From a virus, in IMG/VR virus record IMGVR_UViG_3300009001_000006, positions 49,833 to 113,832 of that record: DNA of 64,000 nt. One strand, given 5' to 3'. Position numbers and translations under genes: made by a program. Below are positions 19,101-28,100 of this stretch, piece by piece. How positions within the stretch are numbered: position 1 is the first letter of the stretch; each line of letters opens with the position of its first letter. The notes under the pieces were generated by a model that was not told the origin of the DNA, searched no databases, and saw only the letters and a list, made by a program, of their open reading frames with translations.

Positions 19101-22100
19101 TAAATTTAGGTTCTTTTGTTGGTACTCCAAGATTAAATTGTGCTCTATAATCACTTTCTAATAATTGTTTTAAACTGTCTCTACGATGAGTTAAGGCTAA
19201 AAGCTTGTCTTGTTGAGGAGAACTAGTTTGAGAATATAAATCTCTAATTCTATCCATAACCTCTAAATATTCAGCTTCATAAGTTTGTCTAGCACTTTGT
19301 GTTAAAAGCTCGCCCTTAGCAACACCGCCATCTTGACTATTTCCACCTAATTCAAATTCAGGAATACTAATTCTTCTAGCATAGTAATTAACAACACCAA
19401 GAGGATCTATTAAGCCTTTATTTCTAGCTTGTACAGCCTGACCGAATCTGTATTTGCTAGTATCTTCACCTACATTCTCACCACCCGTAGCGTCCATAAT
19501 CTCTGCATTAGTACGCTCAAATACTCTTCTACTATGCTCGGAATGCTGTTCAATCGCTTCTCTAGAAGCTGGTGTTGGTGGTGGTAAAGATCTAGGAGCT
19601 GGTAATGGATCGGCACTAGCGCCTGCGCCTCCTACATCAATCGGTGACGCAAAACTATCGTCATATAGCTCGTCGCCAATTCCTTGGCCTACTGAAGTCA
19701 TTCCTCTTGGGGCTCGTGGAATTGGTGCTGGAGGTACTGGTGGGGGCGTAACATCATCAGCTAGTCTAGCAACATCATCAAGAGTTGTTGCGCCTGTATC
19801 TATCTGAGTGGTTCCTGGTAGGGGGCTAGCATCATCAGCCATTCTAGCAACATCATCAAGAGTTGTTACGCCCGTATCTATCTGACTTGATCCTGGTAAT
19901 GGCTTAACATCATCAACCGCTGTGGCTGGAGCGGCTGGCACTGGAGGAGGCATCAAATCATCGGCTGCTTTGGTTGATAGTGGTACTTGAATATCTGGTG
20001 CGCCACTAGGCGTTGGTTTACCTTTCAATGTACGTCTAGATAGCTTAGCTGCTTTTTGACCAATTAATTTTCTACCCTTTTCTACAGCTTCGCCAACTTT
20101 CATTGTTGCGGCACTAACACCAGTTTTAGTGTTTGCTACAGCTTTAGCTAATATTCTAGGTGTTGCTGTTTTATAAAGACCCTTTATAACAGCATTAGCG
20201 CCAGCATCAGACAATAGCATTTCAGCAGCAAAACCAGTCCATTGACCTGCACTATATGAACCTGGATTTTCTTGAACTTTCTTAACAATTCTGTCTTTCC
20301 ATCCGCTAGGAAGCCAGCTATAGGCGTAACTATTCACACCATGACCAATGAGGTTTCCGGCCATAGCGCCACCAATAGTCCACAACGGTAAAGCAACCGC
20401 CGAACCAACACCAGCGGTAGGTACTCCAACAGCTGTACCTGCTACTACACCTAATCCACCGCCAATAATACCCCCAAGAGTGGGTAGAGCTTTAGAGGCT
20501 AATCCATAAAAATAAGCTTCAAGATCAACAGCATTTCTAGAAGCAATACTTCTTTCAAAAATATCATTAAATCCGCTTCTAACATTAGGTTCCATAGGTA
20601 ATTTTGGATCGCCACCATAATTTTTGCCAGTTACTGCTGGGTGGCTTGTAGACGCATTACCAACAGAATCTTTGCCAAATAATGGAATACCATGAGCAGC
20701 CTCCATCTCTATAGCAAACTCACGAGCATCTTTAAGAGAATCAAAAGATGTACTGCTCCAAGGTTGACCTTCTTTTTCTTTTTCTTTCCAATCAGGAATT
20801 AATACTTTTGCTCTTTGATATTTAATAATATTGCTAGGTGAAAAATATTGTTTCTTATGGTCACTAATAATCTTATTTAATTTAGTAACTTCTGTATCGC
20901 TAACACTACCATCTTTGTTGCCAATAAAATCCATATAATCAAATGGAACTGTATCTTTATTGGCTTCATAATCATCAACTGAATCTTTGTTATATCGTTT
21001 AAGATTGCCAAAATTACGATAAGCAGTTGTATTTCCTGTTCCAATCTGACCACCCATAGCTCTATATTCAACCTGACCGCCATTATAATAATTACCACTA
21101 TTAATAGAATTCAATAATGGTAGATTCTTCGCGGTTGCGGCCCTATTAACAACAAATTCACCAGGAGTAAGCATAGCTGGTACTGTATCTGTACCTCTTG
21201 GTTGGAAATTAATCATTTGTCCAGCAGCAGCATAAACAATACCTCCAGTAGCTAGACCTTGACTATCTGCTGGACGACCCAAACCTAATCTGTCGGCAAC
21301 AGCATTTAACTCTGCAACTATATTATCTGTGGCTGTCTTCATTCTAGAGGTAAAGTCGTCAGCACCCTGTCTTAATGCGTTAGCAGTCAACTCTGCGCCA
21401 GTACCAATCAATTTAGATTGTTGTTCTACAGCCAATGTTTGTTGTTTAATAGCTTCTTGATAAGCATCAACAAAAGGTTGGATTGCTGGATTCTGATCTT
21501 GTGGTGCGAAATCTGCTGCAAAAGTATCTCTAAACTGCTGGATAGTTGCAGGGTTGCCACCAGCATTTTCCAAAATAGTCATAGCATTATTAAAAAACGC
21601 TTCTTGTGTTCTGGCAAATTCTTCTGGAGTTTGAGTACTTTCTACCATTCTTAAACTAGAAATACCTTGAGCAATATCGTTCACAGTGCCTGTTCCAGCC
21701 ATAACGTTAGAGTAAGACACCTGTTCCTGTCTCATTTGCATCAATGCTTCTGGATTATTTACATTGGCAAGAAAATCCATTACACCACTACGTCTACCAG
21801 CAGAAATTCGCTGCTGCTCATCTATTTTCTTTAGGGCATTAGAGGCTCTATCAGTGCTAGTAGCTAGTATATCTAAAGCTCTTTGGTAACTATTAATTTT
21901 TGATGTAAGCTTAGCAATTTGTCCTGATCCAAGAGCACTAGTTTGTGTATTTGGATCTGCTTCTAACGCTCGTTTCTGAGCAATAGCTTCTGCTATCATG
22001 CTGCCAATTTTAGCAGCGTCAGTTGTTCCGCCAGTTAAACCTGATACAGAACCCATGAATGGTGCGTTTAGGTCGGCCAAGCTAATTGTTCTATTAAATT

Positions 22101-25100
22101 TATCCGCAAGATCATTGGCGCTTTGTAATTGTATGTCTCGAACCTTAATAACATTATCTTTTAATCTGTCTAATTGACCAGCAAGCTGATTAGATATGCC
22201 ACCAAGAACCCTGTTGGCCTCTACTTGTTTTTTAGCATATTCTTCAAAAGTACTTCTAGCTTTTTCTGCTGCTGCATCTAATTCTTCAAGACCTTTGATG
22301 TTATTGGCTAAATCTTCATAACTCATACCTTGTCTATTACCGGTAGAATCGCTAATATAGTTTATAATACTATCTTCAAGATCTTTCTTAATATTTTTGT
22401 CAATATCCACGCCAGTAAACATTGTTTGTAATCTGTCTCTAATATTACTTTCGGCACCAGCGTCAATAGGTCCGCTATCAGCAGTATCTCTAAGAATTAA
22501 TGGTAATTCTTTTCTCATTACTTGAAGACCTTTAACGAGATCTCCCATTTGTCTGGTTTCTTTAGTATCTCCTAAACTTGCATTAATATTATCTACAACA
22601 CCAGCTAGCTCTTGAGAACTATAAGCAGTTATATTAGATAATGTTCTAACAGCATTTTCTTCTGGATCTGCAGAAGCAACATTACCACCACTATATTCAT
22701 CAGCAATCCTAGATAATCTACTAGAACTAGCAGCAATCTCAGATGTAACCCTATTCATTGTGGCACCAAGCCTATTCATTACATCTGTAAGATTTAGAGT
22801 GAATTTTTGTAATTCTCTATTAACCCTTATCATTTGCCTATTAAGGGCTATGCTACGGTTTTGTGCTCCTGATTCTTCTGCAATAGCTCTAGCGACCTTT
22901 TTTCTCATTTCAGGATCAGAGCTTTCGTATTCTTTCTGAGCCGTACTAAGATCAATGCCCTGTCTTTCTCTTCTTTGTAGATATAATCTTTTATTAACTT
23001 CTTCACTAGCCTCAACAACAATCTTTTCGGCTTTTATTCTATCATCGCCGCTTAAAGTGTCAAGATATTCTTGTACGGTCTGGTTTTCTCCCATTTCATA
23101 ACCAGCGCCACTAAGCTTAGCTCTAGCCTGATTTTGTAATAATACATTAAGATCATTAATCCCACCAGAAGCATCCCTAGTACTAGCATACTGAGCTCTT
23201 CTTTGTTCTGCTGTTAAATTAGCTCTTTCAACAGTATCAACTTTACTCAAAAATTTTCTAGAAGATTCTGGATCTCTTGTAATACGTTGGGTTTCTAAAT
23301 CAACTAATTTTCTTAATTGTTCCAGTGAGGCTATTTGGGCAGCTAATTGTTGCTCTTGGGCTGTGTTATCAAAGAAACCCGAAATACCACTCAACAAAGT
23401 ATCACCCAAAACATACGTCAGCATAGTCCCAAAACCACTACCAAAAAATTTACCTATGGTACGAAATACAGGGGAAACTATCTTAAATAGCCCTTTAGTA
23501 AGTGTTGGCCCGATTGTTCTAAAGCCAAGCCTAATAGCGCCTACAATTAATTTACCTATTATACCACCAGCAAAATGGCCCTGTCTAGCAATACCTCCAC
23601 CAGCATAACCAATACGAGAGATACTACCCCCGCCAGAGTAACCTTTAGCACTTATTGAACCGCTAGAAATTTTACCTCCAGTAGCAGCCCTTAAAGCATC
23701 CATCGAAGAACTTTTGATTACATATGAATTAGCTGGTAAATTAGTCTTAAAATTATCAACCTTACCACTACCCTTACCTGGAACAATACCCATAGGTGCG
23801 CCATCAAGCATATCTGGATTAGCACCATAACCATTTTTATCTGCGTTATTTAATCTTTGCAATTGCATGTCAGAAAACTGTGAGGCTACTTCTGGAGATA
23901 GTACCCCTTCTCCTGCGGCCAAATGTACAGGAACCAATGGCCCATCAGATCCGCTAGAGTAACCTACGCGACCACCAATAGCCATACCCCTTCTGCCACC
24001 ACGACGACGACCACGCCCCATTGGCATAGGAACCATACTTGCTGCTTGAGTCATTCTAGCAGCAGCCATAAAGCCTATTACGGTAGATAATGTACTAAGA
24101 AAACCTTCTAAACCACTGCTTAAAGCATTCCAAATTCTATTACTTTCTATTTCCTGAGCAGATTTACTCAAAGCTTGATTCAAAGCCTCATAATCATCAT
24201 TTAATTGCTTAACTAGTTCTTGTCTTTCTGCTATTGTTTGAGCCATATCTAAGCGGCTAAGTGTTTTATCTAAATTACTAGAGGCTTCAGTTACACCCCT
24301 CATAGCGTTTTCTACTTCTTTAGCTGTAGATTCTTTAATAAATCCACTAACGGCGCCACCAGCTAAACCAATAGCACCACCAACAGCAGCTCCTCTTCTA
24401 CCAAACGCTTGTTGACCTAATACAGCACCACTCAAACCAAAGCTACCAGCAGATTTTAACGCTCCAGTAACACCAGCCACAGCTTCGCTATGATCTGATA
24501 CGGTTCCGGTAAGCTTGTCGAAGGAATCGATTAGTTGTGGTAATTTACTAGCTAATAATGTTGAACCTGCACCTAGTATTCCTGTCAGCCCTCCCATCTT
24601 ATCACCAATCATAGTGATTTTATCGGCCACATCAGGGAAAGAACTAGATAGTCGAGCCATACCAGGAAGATTAGCTGTACTAAATTTAGTACCAATATCG
24701 TCAAGTATTTTACCAAAACCAGATTCTATACTTTCCTGTGCTCCTCTAAGATCCATTTTATCAAATGCGCCAAACTTACCCTCGCTTAAGGATTTTTGTG
24801 CTCTAAAGTCTATATCTTTTGTTTTCATTCCTTCGGTTAAGAAGCCCAATTCTTTAGCCATTTTTTCTTGAGCTTCAGCTGCCATATCAATAGCATCTAT
24901 TTGACTATCAAGTGTATCGGCCCATTCTGCTGATTTAGCTTTTATTTCCTCAAGAGATAAACCTTTCTTCATCATATCAATTAAATCATCCAGACTTTCA
25001 CCAAAAACATCAGGATCAATTTGATCTACACCGCCATACATTCTTTCTACAAGATCTTGTACTTGGGCTCTGACTACACCTTCTACATCAGCATCACCAA

Positions 25101-28100
25101 TAGATTCCATATTTTTAGTAATAATATCCTGAATATCAATTTGATATCCTGTGTTTTCATCCGCTCTTTGGGCGGCAGTATTCATAATTCTGGCACGAAT
25201 CATCTTCTCATATTTTTCAACTGTCATGCCTAATTTTTCAGCCATTCTAGCAACATAAGCGGCTTTATCATCTTCAACACTGCCACCACCAGCAAAACGC
25301 TGAACAAAACCAACAGCACCACCCTTATTAAAGCCTTGAATTCTGTCGGCTTTATTTAATTTATTGAGTTTTTCAGAACCAAGCTTTTTAGCCGCTTCTT
25401 TATTAATTACAAACTCGCCAGGAGTTAATAATGCTGGTACAGTATCTTGTGGTGAGCCACCATTAGCAAATCTTTGTATTTGTTTACGATATCTATTAAC
25501 TTGACCTAGAAAATCATTAGGACTTTTCCCCTTACCAAATACTGTTCTAGTAGTATCAGTAGGAATATCTGATGGTATACCGAATAATGCAGCAGCATTC
25601 CCTATACCTCCAGCAAAATCGATAGGATCATTTGTTTCATCTTTATCATATGGTGCTCCTAGTGTAGCAATAGCAGCTTCAAGATATGCCCCAATAGCAT
25701 TGTATAATCCAGCTTTTTCCATCTGATTTTTATCTAGGGCGGCAGCTGATGCACCCACTCTACTAGCCATATTATTACCAACTACAGCTACAGTTTGCTC
25801 AAAACCATCAGTCATCATTTTTTCATATTCATCAGATAATTTTTTATCTAATGTTTTGCCAATAAGTTGGACCGTATCACCATCTTCGGTTTTGGCTGTT
25901 ACGTTTCTAGGACTACCATATAAACCAACTAAACCATATTGTTTAGCTCCAACAAGTTCTTGTTCTTCTTGAGCAACAGCTTGTCTTTGCTGAATTCTTT
26001 TTTGTAGTTGTGATACAGTAAATAGGTTCTTTTGTACGTTCGGGTTTTCTAATAGTGCAGCAGCTTGTTTTTCGGTTAGTCTTTCTATATCAGATTTATT
26101 AATTTTACCAGTTTTAGCAACCTTAATACCTCCAACATCACCGCCATCATCAAATCTTTGTACCAACCCACCACTAGCGAACTGTTCTAAAAATTCTACA
26201 TTACTAAATTGATCATAAAGATTTTGAGGGATAGATGTTGGGGCATTGATGGTGCCCTGCAATTGTTTGGTGGATCTTTTGTCCTGGCTGCCAGATCTTA
26301 AAGCATCGTCTAGTCTTTGTTGTCTTTGTTGTGTAATTTTTTCAGCAGGAATTATTAATGCGGTGATTTGTCGAGCGCCAGACATAATGCTCTGTGCTTG
26401 AGGACTAAAATCTCCGCTCTTAGTTTCACCAGCACTGCTTAATACCATAAATTCTTTAAATTTATCTAAATCATCAGCAGATAATACAAAATTTTTACCG
26501 AATCTTTGAGTAGCAAAAGTGGTTTTACCAGAACCTGCTGGCCCACTAATAACATCATAATCTTTGCCAGAACTTAAAATAGCATTTAATACGTCTTTAC
26601 TACCAGCACCAATCATATCGCTATCAAAGATACCAACGCCACCAAATTGTTCACCCTGTTTAACGCCTCCACCTCCAGCAAATTTTTGCACCATGCCGCC
26701 AGAAGCTAACTTACTTCTTTCTCTATCATAAACAAGTTTTTTATTACCCATACTTTCAAGAGTTTTTAATTGTGTCGCCTTAACTTTTTCTGACTGCACC
26801 TTTCCTGTTGCAACATTATCTTTATTAGATGTTCTAAGAGCAACACCTTCAGCAACCATCTGGTTTACAATACTATTAGGAACACTATGAACAGGTCTAC
26901 CGCCAACAGATTGTCCCTGCGTTAAAGCCTTACCTAAACTATGGTCAATAGACATTTTGCGAGAATCAGTAAAAGCCCCTTGAGCTATTTCTGTAGCTCT
27001 TTGACCTAGAGCCCTTTCCCACGCTAAACCCTTTTTGATTTCATAAGCATCATAACCTTCACCACGACTAGTCATTGGTCCAACTGGACTAGATTCTGGA
27101 ATATAGGATACATGCCACGAGTCGCCGTCATATGCATCATGCGCCTGTATTTTTTCGATTCGTCCCCCACGAGCATAACCCTTAATTCTACCACCACGAT
27201 TCAACTGCTCAAGATTTTCTACACCTATTTTTTCAACAGCTTTCTTGCGAATGACATATTCACCTGGTGTTAGCATTGCTTCTACAGTATCTCTATTGCC
27301 AGTACCAGGAACCTTGCCACCACTAGCAAAACGCGGAACTGGACCGCCTTTATTAAGTCCTAGACCTGAATCTGAATCACCGCCATCAATATTAAGATTT
27401 GATATTGTACCATTTAATTCTTGCATTGTGGCCATGAGGTCGGCCATAGTTTTCATTAAACCACTAAGAGCATCAGTATTACTAGACATAATAGTAATCT
27501 GACTAGTCAAAGCATCTGTATTAGCGGAAATAGCAGCTGTATTAGCTAATATAACATCGCTATAATCATCTTTCTCTGATCCGCCAGCACCACCGCCACC
27601 AGTACCTCCACCAGTACCACGACCAGTACCTCCACCACCTCCTCCGCCACCAGGCATGCCTCCAGTAGCACCACCTCCGCCACTGCTAGTTTTTCCTAAG
27701 CCCCCCAGAAAACCGCTACCAAATTCACTAAGAATCGAGGCTCCTTTAATAGCAGCAAGAGCTGTTAACATGGGTAGTAAAGGTTTAAGTGCGCCAGCAA
27801 GACTAATAAAAGCATTAGCTGTTGTTAAACTTACGCTAGCTATAGTTCTAAAAGTTGTACTATTGCCAATATCTCTTACCAACGCCACAAATGATTGTCT
27901 TGTTTTCTCAAATTGCACAGCAAGTGAGGCTTGGGCTTGTATTGCGGCTTTGCTAAGACTGCTCTGACCACCCTGAGCCACAGCCAAAGCTTGTTGTGCT
28001 GTGGTAAATTGTTGAATAAGAGGAATAACCTTACCTATCTGGCGGAAACCACCAAGCTCTTCAACAATCTGACCAAAGCGAACATCTCTAGGGTCTAGAC

